A stretch of 59,685 nucleotides of DNA from Alphaproteobacteria bacterium UBA6149. GTDB lineage: Bacteria; Pseudomonadota; Alphaproteobacteria; Rickettsiales; UBA998. A model generated the notes under the pieces. The model was not told the DNA's origin. It did not search any database and worked only from the letters and a program-made list of their open reading frames with translations. The number at the start of each line of letters is the position of its first letter. Positions within the stretch are counted from its first letter, which is position 1. The stretch is from the NCBI GenBank assembly GCA_002423155.1, contig DIUV01000012.1, forward strand, positions 1-59,685. Direction: 5' to 3'. This document shows positions 19,433 through 27,514 of the stretch, piece by piece. A program made the translations under genes and the position numbers.

Positions 19433-20060
19433 GGTAGTGTCCCTGTTTTTCGGCTTTAGTTAATTCAGCTGCTGATGTTTTTATTTTTATTGTTGGCTTA
19501 ATTATTTTGGGAGTTAGGGCTTGCTCAATAGTTTTTTCTAAAAATTCCACAGCAGTTTCCATGGTTTGCCGTCTATCCGCTGTGCGTTCTCCCTTAAAGT
19601 GAAATTCATCACACATAAAAACTTCCCCATTAACCGCCGAGGCAATACACACCGTACCCCCAGAAATTCCCCGCGCATCGTCACCATTAGGGCCTGCATA
19701 ACCAGTAACCGCTACCGAAATTTGTGCCCGGGAATTTTTTAATGCTCCCAAAGCCATTTCTCTGGCCACGGGCTGGCTTACTGCCTCATATTCAGCTAAA
19801 GTTTCTGCCTTTACTCCAAGCATATCCTGCTTAGCATCATTATTATATACTATATAAGCACGATCTAACATATTTGAAGATCCGCCCAAGCAGGTAAGCA
19901 AATTAGCAATGCCGCCCCCCGTAAGCGACTCTGCGGTTACGATTTTTATATGATGATTCTTGCACTTTTGCAGCAAACCATCTACGCGGCGCAATAAATC
20001 TGCCCCATAAATATTTAATAATTCAGGGTCGTAAATAGTACCCGAAAGATTATCGCTCAT
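19425..20060 (-). CDS. pncC: NMN deamidase (CinA C-terminal domain)
   Basis: TAESLTGG, YNNDAKQDMLGV, AVS...EMALGA, VTGYAGP, GTVCIA, GER..DR motifs; overlaps the nadE-fusion start. Confidence 0.88.
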   Translation of the reverse strand: MSDNLSGTIYDPELLNIYGADLLRRVDGLLQKCKNHHIKIVTAESLTGGGIANLLTCLGGSSNMLDRAYIVYNNDAKQDMLGVKAETLAEYEAVSQPVAREMALGALKNSRAQISVAVTGYAGPNGDDARGISGGTVCIASAVNGEVFMCDEFHFKGERTADRRQTMETAVEFLEKTIEQALTPKIIKPTIKIKTSAAELTKAEKQGHYHG

Positions 20061-20320
20061 AGCTTAAAACCATATTTGTCATGCATTTTCTGTAGCACAG
20101 ATTCATTAGGCGCATCTCCATAACCTGACTCAATCACTTCACCATATTCAATCAAATTAATCGCCCCCGTTTTGATTTTTTGTAAAAATGAGCGCAATTT
20201 CAGAGCTTCTACTTTCAAGAAAAACCACGCAGGGCGGCCAGTTTTATCCTTGCCACCTTGCACGAGATAAATATTTTGGCTTTCTCTGAAGTTAGAAATT
20301 TTCTGGGCGAAAGAGGTCAT
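20057..20320 (-). CDS. Small conserved hypothetical protein (87 aa)
   Basis: ATG 20320 lies 4 nt after the pncB stop and its stop overlaps the pncC start (ATGA); sequence IYLVQGGKDKTGRPAWFFLKV...YGEVIESGYGDAP looks like a folded domain. Confidence 0.75.
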   Translation of the reverse strand: MTSFAQKISNFRESQNIYLVQGGKDKTGRPAWFFLKVEALKLRSFLQKIKTGAINLIEYGEVIESGYGDAPNESVLQKMHDKYGFKL

Positions 20321-20324
20321 TCTA

Positions 20325-22190
20325 TTATGCTGCCATAGAAGGTGATTTTCCACCAGCTATTTCCAGCGAACCAGAAATATCAGTACCAGGTTTATTCATA
20401 GACGCCATAATTGCCTGACGTTGTTTTAAAACCAATGGGTCCATCAAAATTATTTGTGGTTTGGGGTCGTCTAGTCTTTTTATTTCCTCAGATAGGCTGG
20501 CTCGTTGAGCACGGGCGTAAGTTTTAATCTCATCTAAGTCAGTAACTTCTGGGCCGCCTTTATAAGCAGGTTTAGTTTTAGGCGCACCATGCTCATTATA
20601 AACATATTTAGAAGCAGCATCTTTTTGACGCACAAAGATAGGTTTCAACAAAGTTTCGGCTGACGCAACCTCGCCTACGTCTATTTTATTACCTGCGGTA
20701 TCTACGATACCATCTTGTAGCAATTCACGCCAGTTATCACCACGACGCAAAGACTCATCAATAATAACATCCGCCAATATTTTGCCATTAGCATCTTTTA
20801 AGCGCAGCGTATTTAGCTCTACTCCTGGCATAGAAGATTTAGGGCCAGGAAGCGAAGGATCATTTTTATCCACTCCCGCAACTTTCATAGTGCGTACCAT
20901 ATCTTTGGTAATCGGCACAACTTTCTGGTTAACTATAGCAGTTTTAACTTCGCCATTTTCTAAATTTGCTTCAAAATCTTCATGAATAATTTCACTCGCA
21001 GATATTTTGTAAACTCCTCCGCGTAATGGCCCTGGATTGCCTAATTCGGTGCCTACTCCGTAAACTTGGATAGGTAATTTTTCGCCTTTTTCTTCTATGC
21101 TACGTTTTTGCATCGCATGAATAGATTTTTCATCTAAACCATCAGTGGCAAAAATCTTGGTATTATTAAATAATTCAGGGTGGGTTTGGCGTGCTTCGTC
21201 TAGCAATGCTTTTGCTTCCCAGCTTAATGCATATAAATCACCCGAATCCAAACGCACACCGTCTAACTCTACGTTCATTTCTATGGCCGCACGAATAGCG
21301 TTTTTAACCCCCTGTACGGGATCAAAAGTATCAACTAACAATACTGAATTATTCGCCATGCTTTTTAAATAAGCTTTAAAAGCAATTAGTTCTAACTCGC
21401 TATTGCCAACATTAGGCCATGCGGCATCAACGGTTTGTTTTACATTATTTTCAAAAAATTCCCTGTCGTCACTGGTGTAATAAGGGCTTATCCATTCAAT
21501 CCCTGCTTTTTTAGCTTCTACATAGCCCTCAAAAGCGGCTTTAAAGCCCATAATCCAGCTATGCGCCATAGTTCCTGTGGGCGGAATACCCAATACACGC
21601 GCGGCATCAACATCCGCCGTAAAGGCGGCGCCACCAATATAAGAAGCACGAGAAACCCCAGCGTCTAAAGTGCCAGAACGGCGTAAAGAAAAATCGGCAA
21701 AGGGGCGACCTTGTCCTGCTTCATCAATCCGCGCACCACGAGTTGCAATAATTGAAGCAGAATTCATAATATTTAAAATAGCCGACTCGACTAATTGCGC
21801 CTGAACTAGAGAACCAGTAATCCGCAAAGCAGGCCCTTGCCCAAGCATAGCGGTTCCCTCGGGCACTGCATCTACTTGTAAATTAAGTTTAGAATTAGCT
21901 AGATAATTTAAAAATTCTTCAGAGAAAAGCCGCTCGCCTTTTTTCTCTAGGGTACGCAAATAGGCAATTTTTTCTTCATCAAATTTGAAATTATTTAAAA
22001 AATCAACTACACCCTCTAAACCAGCAGCAACCGTATAACCACCACCAAAGGGAGGATTGCGCCAATGCATGTAAAAAGTTGCTTCTTCTTCCTGCCGACC
22101 TTGGTCAAAATAACCTTGCGCCATGGTTAACTGGTACATATCGGTTTTAGTCGGGTTTAAATCCCGGTAGCTTTTTTCTAAATATCCCAT
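20325..22190 (-). CDS. pncB: Nicotinate phosphoribosyltransferase, with insertions and C-terminal extension
   Basis: TDMYQLTM, RNPPFGGGY, DFSLRR, GTMAHSW (phospho-His), LLVDTFD, GVRLDSGDL, GVGT; likely start ATG 22190 with AAAGGA RBS (track start 22250). Confidence 0.88.
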   Translation of the reverse strand: MGYLEKSYRDLNPTKTDMYQLTMAQGYFDQGRQEEEATFYMHWRNPPFGGGYTVAAGLEGVVDFLNNFKFDEEKIAYLRTLEKKGERLFSEEFLNYLANSKLNLQVDAVPEGTAMLGQGPALRITGSLVQAQLVESAILNIMNSASIIATRGARIDEAGQGRPFADFSLRRSGTLDAGVSRASYIGGAAFTADVDAARVLGIPPTGTMAHSWIMGFKAAFEGYVEAKKAGIEWISPYYTSDDREFFENNVKQTVDAAWPNVGNSELELIAFKAYLKSMANNSVLLVDTFDPVQGVKNAIRAAIEMNVELDGVRLDSGDLYALSWEAKALLDEARQTHPELFNNTKIFATDGLDEKSIHAMQKRSIEEKGEKLPIQVYGVGTELGNPGPLRGGVYKISASEIIHEDFEANLENGEVKTAIVNQKVVPITKDMVRTMKVAGVDKNDPSLPGPKSSMPGVELNTLRLKDANGKILADVIIDESLRRGDNWRELLQDGIVDTAGNKIDVGEVASAETLLKPIFVRQKDAASKYVYNEHGAPKTKPAYKGGPEVTDLDEIKTYARAQRASLSEEIKRLDDPKPQIILMDPLVLKQRQAIMASMNKPGTDISGSLEIAGGKSPSMAA

Positions 22191-22261
22191 GATTTTTCCT
22201 TTTTTGTTTTTATTTGGCAAAAAGTTTAATGATTTTTTATATCTTGTCAATTATTTATTAA

Positions 22262-23458
22262 CTAAATAGCAATATCTGCACGCTGCCAACTAGCCACACG
22301 ATTAGCAAAAGGCGAAGGCTTGGTGAGCGCTAATGGTATTTTCTGTTGCCGCGTCAACTCTTGCGCGATTAATTTCCCGGTCGATAAAATCGCCACGCGC
22401 TCTTTTAATTCAGGAGAATTTAGTTCCTTACGTTTTTGTTCTATTTCAAAAACCGAGTCGGTACAAACCACTTGGTCTATCAGATTTTTTCCTGCAAATT
22501 GCGGCTCTAGTAGATTTTCCAATGCGGATTTCCCGTCTTTGCCGATGCAAATTGCGTGGGTGAAATAAGTGGCAACCGATTTTGCTCCACGCTCTTTCAA
22601 AGCCTTAGCAGCATTAATCAAAGTACCACCACCATCGCTCATATCATCGATTATTACGCAATCTTTATCTGCAACATCCCCCTCGAACCCAGCAACAAAA
22701 GTTTCGTTAGCGGATTTATGCTCTTTGGCGATTTTAAATAAATGCACATCCGCCGCCTCTTCGCTGGTATCTTGCACGGCGGCGGCGAGTTTTCGTGCAC
22801 GGATTTGTCCGCGATCATTAGGTTTATCCGCCCCATCAGGAGCTCCAATAACCATATTGTTTAAATTAGGAAAACGGGTTTTTATATCCTGCGCAAAAAG
22901 TTCGGTGCTAGATAAATAGTTATAATTTTCACCAAACTCATCTTTCCAGAATTTTACCGTTCCTTCGGAATGCGGTTCGATAGTAATGATTTTATCCGCC
23001 CCATCTGCGCGTAAATCACGAGCAAAACGTTTGGCATTTACTGAACAAATACGCCCTTGTTCGCTAAAAGGTCTATCTTGGCGGTCGTATGCGCAATTGG
23101 GCATCGCTACCGTAACTTCTTTTACCCCATGGTCTTTTAAGGTGGTAATAGTCGAACGAACGCGCTCTATACTATCACTTACTATATCTGGTTGTTCACC
23201 AGTTGATTCAACGATTGTAACTTTAGCATGACGTAATTTCGCCAAATTTTCCTGATAACGTTTCTGGGCGTCCGCATGGCTGGTAAGCTCACGCTCATCC
23301 CGCAAAAAAGGAAATAATTCACAATGGACTGCACCGCTATTAAAGGGTCCAAAACTGACATCAATTTTCTCCCCTTTAAAATTTTTAAGAATTTCCTCTC
23401 GGCTTTCCTTCGTAACTCGCGGACCAAAGATAATGTAATTTTTATTATTATTTTGCAC
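22262..23458 (-). CDS. prs: Divergent ribose-phosphate pyrophosphokinase (PRPP synthetase family)
   Basis: AYDRQDR, GADKIITIEPH, APDG, KDCVIIDDMSDGGGTL, LKERGAKSV...THA motifs; likely GTG start at 23458 with GGAG RBS. Confidence 0.8.
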   Translation of the reverse strand: MQNNNKNYIIFGPRVTKESREEILKNFKGEKIDVSFGPFNSGAVHCELFPFLRDERELTSHADAQKRYQENLAKLRHAKVTIVESTGEQPDIVSDSIERVRSTITTLKDHGVKEVTVAMPNCAYDRQDRPFSEQGRICSVNAKRFARDLRADGADKIITIEPHSEGTVKFWKDEFGENYNYLSSTELFAQDIKTRFPNLNNMVIGAPDGADKPNDRGQIRARKLAAAVQDTSEEAADVHLFKIAKEHKSANETFVAGFEGDVADKDCVIIDDMSDGGGTLINAAKALKERGAKSVATYFTHAICIGKDGKSALENLLEPQFAGKNLIDQVVCTDSVFEIEQKRKELNSPELKERVAILSTGKLIAQELTRQQKIPLALTKPSPFANRVASWQRADIAI

Positions 23459-23506
23459 GTAAATCACTCCGTTTTTAAATTGCGGAGGATTTAAACATGG
23501 GAAATA

Positions 23507-23522
23507 GTAAACGTCACGTTAA
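23507..23522 (-). promoter_or_regulatory. Possible CtrA-type box upstream of the NAD operon
   Basis: Minus strand TTAA-CGTGACG-TTTAC, one mismatch from TTAA-N7-TTAAC. Confidence 0.35.
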
Positions 23523-23531
23523 GATTTGATG

Positions 23532-23789
23532 ACAATTGTCACCCTACACGACAGTACCGTTAATATTACGAAGCTATTGAATGGTAAGTATTTATTTCTT
23601 AAAATCGCTCTCTCCGTCGTCATTCCTGCTGCGGCTAAGAATCTCTTTTTCCGCTTGTGAGTGCCTCGTTTAGGGCGAAAGAGATTCTTAGCCGCAGCAG
23701 GAATGACGACGGAGAGAGCGAACTTTTTTATTGTATTTCAATATATAAATGCCTTGTTAATACTACTGTCGTGTAGGGTGGACAATTGT
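23532..23789. repeat. Nested palindromic element (family 3)
   Basis: Outer IR ACCCTACACGACAGTA / TACTGTCGTGTAGGGT; perfect 44-bp inner arms 23605-23648 and 23678-23721 containing GTCATTCC..GGAATGAC REP-type ends. Confidence 0.8.
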
Positions 23790-23800
23790 GGAGAAAAATT

Positions 23801-24000
23801 ACGCTGTAGCTGAATTTTTGGTCTTTAGCCAATTAGATAATAGCTAAGCTCGGGTGTTTGGCAAGCAGCCCGCTTACGCTCTACGAGCTACAGCGAGGCA
23901 TCCGCTTTCTATTTTCCCTCGTGGACAAAGTACACGCTGGTAGCAACGTGGCACCCAGTCACGCTGTAGCTATTTTGCTTCGCAAAATAGCGAAAGCGGA
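23801..24000. repeat. Cluster of CGCTGTAGC...GCG(A/T)AAGCGG hairpin units abutting the tRNA 3' end
   Basis: Units at 23801-23854 (+), 23869-23895 (-) and 23961-24000 (+), with variable internal hairpins; a degenerate fourth unit at ~23901-23950. Confidence 0.55.
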
Positions 24001-24077
24001 TGGTGCACCCAGAGCGATTCGAACGCCCGACCTTCTGATTCGTAGTCAGATGCTCTATCCAGCTGAGCTATGGGTGC
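24001..24077 (-). tRNA. tRNA-Arg (anticodon ACG)
   Basis: GCACCCA acceptor stem, TAGCTCAGCTGGATAGAGC D-arm, CTGACT-ACG-AATCAG anticodon arm, GTTCGAATC T-loop, encoded CCA end. Confidence 0.97.
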
Positions 24078-24173
24078 ATTGTCGTACAAAAAACCCTATA
24101 TGGGCGACAAGAGCAGGATGTTTAATGCAAAATCCATTAAGATGCAAGCATTTTTAACAGCTGGCAAAAAATA

Positions 24174-25961
24174 TTACGAATATATCTCCTGCACCTTCTG
24201 CAAAACATCTCGCGCTATAGGAGCCGCAGCGGAAGCACCCCCGCCGCCATGTTCTACCAATACCGAAATAGCGTATTTGGGCGCTTCTATCGGCGCATAA
24301 CCCACAAATAATGCATGATGACGATCTAACCAAGGCAAACGTGATTGATCTACCCCTTGTTGAATAATCCGCCGTACTTGTGAGGTTCCTGTTTTTCCAG
24401 CCATTAAAAAATCTTCATCATTTATACGCTGCGCATAGGCGGTGCCTGATGGTTGGTTACATACTGCCTCCATACCTTTTTGAATAATCGCCAGATTATC
24501 TGGGCTCACATCAATTTCAGGAAATTCTCCTAGCCTCTCCTTATGCATTATTAGATTGGGAGATACGGCTATTCCACCATTTGCAATCCGCGCAGTCATT
24601 ACCGCTAATTGTAGAGGGGTGGATAATACATAGCCCTGCCCGATTCCGGCGTTGATACTATCACCTGTTCGCCAGGCATCTTTATAATTTTTTATTTTCC
24701 ATTCGGGCGAAGGAATTAAACCAGATTTTTCACCCGTTAGTCCGAGTCCCGGCGGAACCCCCAAGCCAAATTTACGCGCCATTTTAGCAATCGCCTCAAT
24801 CCCCAATGCTTGGGCGGTGCTATAAAAGAAAGTATCGCACGACCCAGCCAAAGCCCCCACCAAATCAACGGAGCCATGCCCACCTTGCTTCCAACATTTA
24901 AACATATGCGTACCTAAGAAAAAATGCCCAGGACAAAATACGCTACTATCAGGGGCAATAATTCCCGCCTCTAAACCAGCCAGACCAACCATCATTTTAA
25001 AAGTTGAACCGGGGGGATATTGCCCAGAAATACTCTTATTCATCAAAGGATTTTTAGGGTTGTCATTTAATTCTTTCCAATAATTATTAGAAATCCCCCC
25101 ACTGAATAAATTAGAATCATAGGCAGGCATGGCAACCATTGTTAGTATATCGCCATTATTTACATCCATCACCACAATAGAACCACTTTCTTCGCCTAAT
25201 CTTTCAGCGCTGAATCTTTGTAGTTCATCGTCAATGGTCAGGTGCACCGCTTCACCTTTGATACTGGGTTCACGCGCTAATTCACGCAATAAAAGCCCAT
25301 GCGCATTTACCTCAAACTGACGCATCCCCGCTCTGCCGCGCAAGCGATCTTCCAATAATTTTTCTGCTCCTGCTTTACCTACTTTAAATCCCGGAGTTTT
25401 AAGTAAAGCATCCGCTTCGGTTTCTGCCGCATCTGGCGCCCCAACATAGCCTAACAAATGCGCGGCATCTTCTCCCAATGGATAATGCCTAACCTGCCCA
25501 GCTTCAATCCCCACACCGGGTAAACTGGGCGCATGAAATTCTATAATCGCCATTTCATCTCTAGTTATCGGCTCTTTGATCGTAAGCGCCCGACTGGGCT
25601 GTAATTGTGATAATTGCGTGCGTAATTGCTTGGTCTTGTCTGCGGGCAATGCTAATATAGTTGCCAAACGCTCAAGGGAAAACAAACTATCATCCTTTAT
25701 ACCGCGCTCGATAACTATGCGATAAAATGGCTGATTATCCACAAGTTTAGCACCTTTACGATCTAAAATAACTCCTCGTTCGGGCGGCGATAATTGCACA
25801 TTAATGCGATTATCTTCTGCTTGTACTTTATATAACTCACTCTTAATAAATTGCAGATAATATAACCGACCCAACAAAGCCGAAATGGCGGTCAACTGGA
25901 TACCCCCCAGAATAACCGTACGCCGCGTGAAAGATAAAATTTGAACATTCTTACGATTCAT
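24174..25961 (-). CDS. mrdA: Penicillin-binding protein 2
   Basis: YPPGSTFK (SxxK), SCD (SxN variant), KTGTSQ; N-terminal TM; follows mreD. Confidence 0.93.
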   Translation of the reverse strand: MNRKNVQILSFTRRTVILGGIQLTAISALLGRLYYLQFIKSELYKVQAEDNRINVQLSPPERGVILDRKGAKLVDNQPFYRIVIERGIKDDSLFSLERLATILALPADKTKQLRTQLSQLQPSRALTIKEPITRDEMAIIEFHAPSLPGVGIEAGQVRHYPLGEDAAHLLGYVGAPDAAETEADALLKTPGFKVGKAGAEKLLEDRLRGRAGMRQFEVNAHGLLLRELAREPSIKGEAVHLTIDDELQRFSAERLGEESGSIVVMDVNNGDILTMVAMPAYDSNLFSGGISNNYWKELNDNPKNPLMNKSISGQYPPGSTFKMMVGLAGLEAGIIAPDSSVFCPGHFFLGTHMFKCWKQGGHGSVDLVGALAGSCDTFFYSTAQALGIEAIAKMARKFGLGVPPGLGLTGEKSGLIPSPEWKIKNYKDAWRTGDSINAGIGQGYVLSTPLQLAVMTARIANGGIAVSPNLIMHKERLGEFPEIDVSPDNLAIIQKGMEAVCNQPSGTAYAQRINDEDFLMAGKTGTSQVRRIIQQGVDQSRLPWLDRHHALFVGYAPIEAPKYAISVLVEHGGGGASAAAPIARDVLQKVQEIYS

Positions 25962-26440
25962 CAGCCAACCTCAGTCAATTTGGCGTCGATTATCTGAAAT
26001 ATCCAATATAATATCGGATAAAAAATAGCGGTAATCAACCATTGCCCCACCATATCTTCGAAAGGCAAACGATATTGCAGATAAAAAGAAAATATTGACC
26101 AGAAACTCAACCAAAAACCCAATGAAAACAAACTAAATCCCAACCAAAGATAAGAAAAACGCGAAAAATCTATTTTACGTAAATTGGGAAGAAAAAGCAC
26201 AAACACCATATAAAGCAAGGCATAAAGCCCCAAAGGAGTACCCGCCAAAACATCTCGCGCCAAACCAATAATAAAAACTCCCCATAAAGGCAGATTACTC
26301 GGACGCGCCTGCCCCCAGTAAAACAAAGAAATCAACACCATATCAGGAGAAGTAAGCAAAGACAAAAACGGCAAGGGTATTTGCGATAATAACACACAAA
26401 CCAAGCTGATAAGCATAGGCACAAGTTTTACAGCCGACAT
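25961..26440 (-). CDS. mreD: Rod shape-determining protein MreD
   Basis: Hydrophobic; YW...RP, GLARDVLAGTPLG motif; lies between mreC and mrdA. Confidence 0.85.
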   Translation of the reverse strand: MSAVKLVPMLISLVCVLLSQIPLPFLSLLTSPDMVLISLFYWGQARPSNLPLWGVFIIGLARDVLAGTPLGLYALLYMVFVLFLPNLRKIDFSRFSYLWLGFSLFSLGFWLSFWSIFSFYLQYRLPFEDMVGQWLITAIFYPILYWIFQIIDAKLTEVG

Positions 26441-26443
26441 ATT

Positions 26444-26588
26444 AGGCTTACCTCTTTTCTTGATGTAGTGATTGCGCTTCAGTCGTTTCTTTCTGATAAA
26501 TAACCGCAGCGTAGCGGCTTCGCCTACGGATTATGAAGAAGAAAAAACGGCGCAGATGCATTGCTACAACGAGAAAAGAGGTAAGTCT
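26444..26588. repeat. 145-bp RPE-like element (family 1, copy B) between mreC and mreD
   Basis: TIR AGGCTTACCTCTTTTCT / AGAAAAGAGGTAAGTCT; core CCGCAGCGTAGCGGC; flanked by ATT on both sides. Confidence 0.8.
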
Positions 26589-26590
26589 AT

Positions 26591-27424
26591 TCAAAAGCCA
26601 GAAACAACCTGCACATACTCCAATCTGCGCCAGTCAATATAGGGCTGAACTCGTGCATCGACCTTATTAATTGAGCTAACTTCGCCCACCACAATGCCCA
26701 CAGGAACCACTTGCCCATCACCAGATGTTACCATCCGCTCACCAATTTTAAGAGTGGAATTTCCTTCTAAAAAGCGCAAAATAGGTTGAGCAGAATTATC
26801 CCCCGTTAAAATAGCCTTCTCGCGAGAAATTTCTCCTATCACAGGAATGCGCGAATTAATGTCCGTAACTGCTAAAACTCGTGCAGAATGAGGGTAAGCC
26901 TCAATAACTCTCCCCACCAAACCTTCGGGAGTTGTTACAATCTGGTCTTTTTTTATCCCATCATTCAACCCACTACTTAATAATAATCCCCGCTGATAAG
27001 TGCCCCCAAATCCGCCGGCTACTCTTGCCGTCAAAAAATTCAATTCAGGATTTGGATTTAAATTTAATATCCGCCGTAATTCGATATTTTCGGCATTCAT
27101 CCGCAAAGAAGCCGCCTGCCATTGCAACAAACGCTGATTATCCAAGCGCAGCCGGGCGTTTTCTTCCATAACAAAACGCCAATTGTGGGCATTATGCACC
27201 GCAGAATCAATAAATTTAGCTGGTTGTGATAAAACATCGACCAAAGGCAGTAAAAGCTCGGTAAAAGCTAAACGGGTACGATAAACAAAACCACTATCCG
27301 AACGATTAGCCGCCAACAGAGCCAAAGCCAGAAAAATCAATGCCACACTACTAAGTTTAGTAGCCCAAGCTTTGACAGGCATAGCTATAGTATTAGAACT
27401 TGGTTTGAAAGGTGAATAACGCAT
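26591..27424 (-). CDS. mreC: Rod shape-determining protein MreC
   Basis: EENARLR coiled coil, GLVGRV, TDINSRIPV, VTSGDG...PVGIVVG. Confidence 0.92.
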   Translation of the reverse strand: MRYSPFKPSSNTIAMPVKAWATKLSSVALIFLALALLAANRSDSGFVYRTRLAFTELLLPLVDVLSQPAKFIDSAVHNAHNWRFVMEENARLRLDNQRLLQWQAASLRMNAENIELRRILNLNPNPELNFLTARVAGGFGGTYQRGLLLSSGLNDGIKKDQIVTTPEGLVGRVIEAYPHSARVLAVTDINSRIPVIGEISREKAILTGDNSAQPILRFLEGNSTLKIGERMVTSGDGQVVPVGIVVGEVSSINKVDARVQPYIDWRRLEYVQVVSGF

Positions 27425-27514
27425 ATTTATTTCTGATATTTTATAGACTTAGACAGTCCATTTTTAACGAATTATATCAAAAAATGCAATTGGTTTTATA
27501 GCTTTATTAAAGCA

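Noticed and set aside
23459..23800. NAD riboswitch upstream of the NAD operon
   Set aside because: The structure there is explained by a repeat family found elsewhere in the window; I recognised no riboswitch consensus (an Rfam scan would be needed).
12000..24077. Integrative element or prophage inserted at tRNA-Arg
   Set aside because: No integrase or phage genes, and I found no duplicated tRNA 3' end near 12 kb; island status is only suggested by position.
23858..24300. 99-aa and 76-aa + strand ORFs
   Set aside because: They overlap the tRNA, hairpin repeats and mrdA antisense; no coding features.
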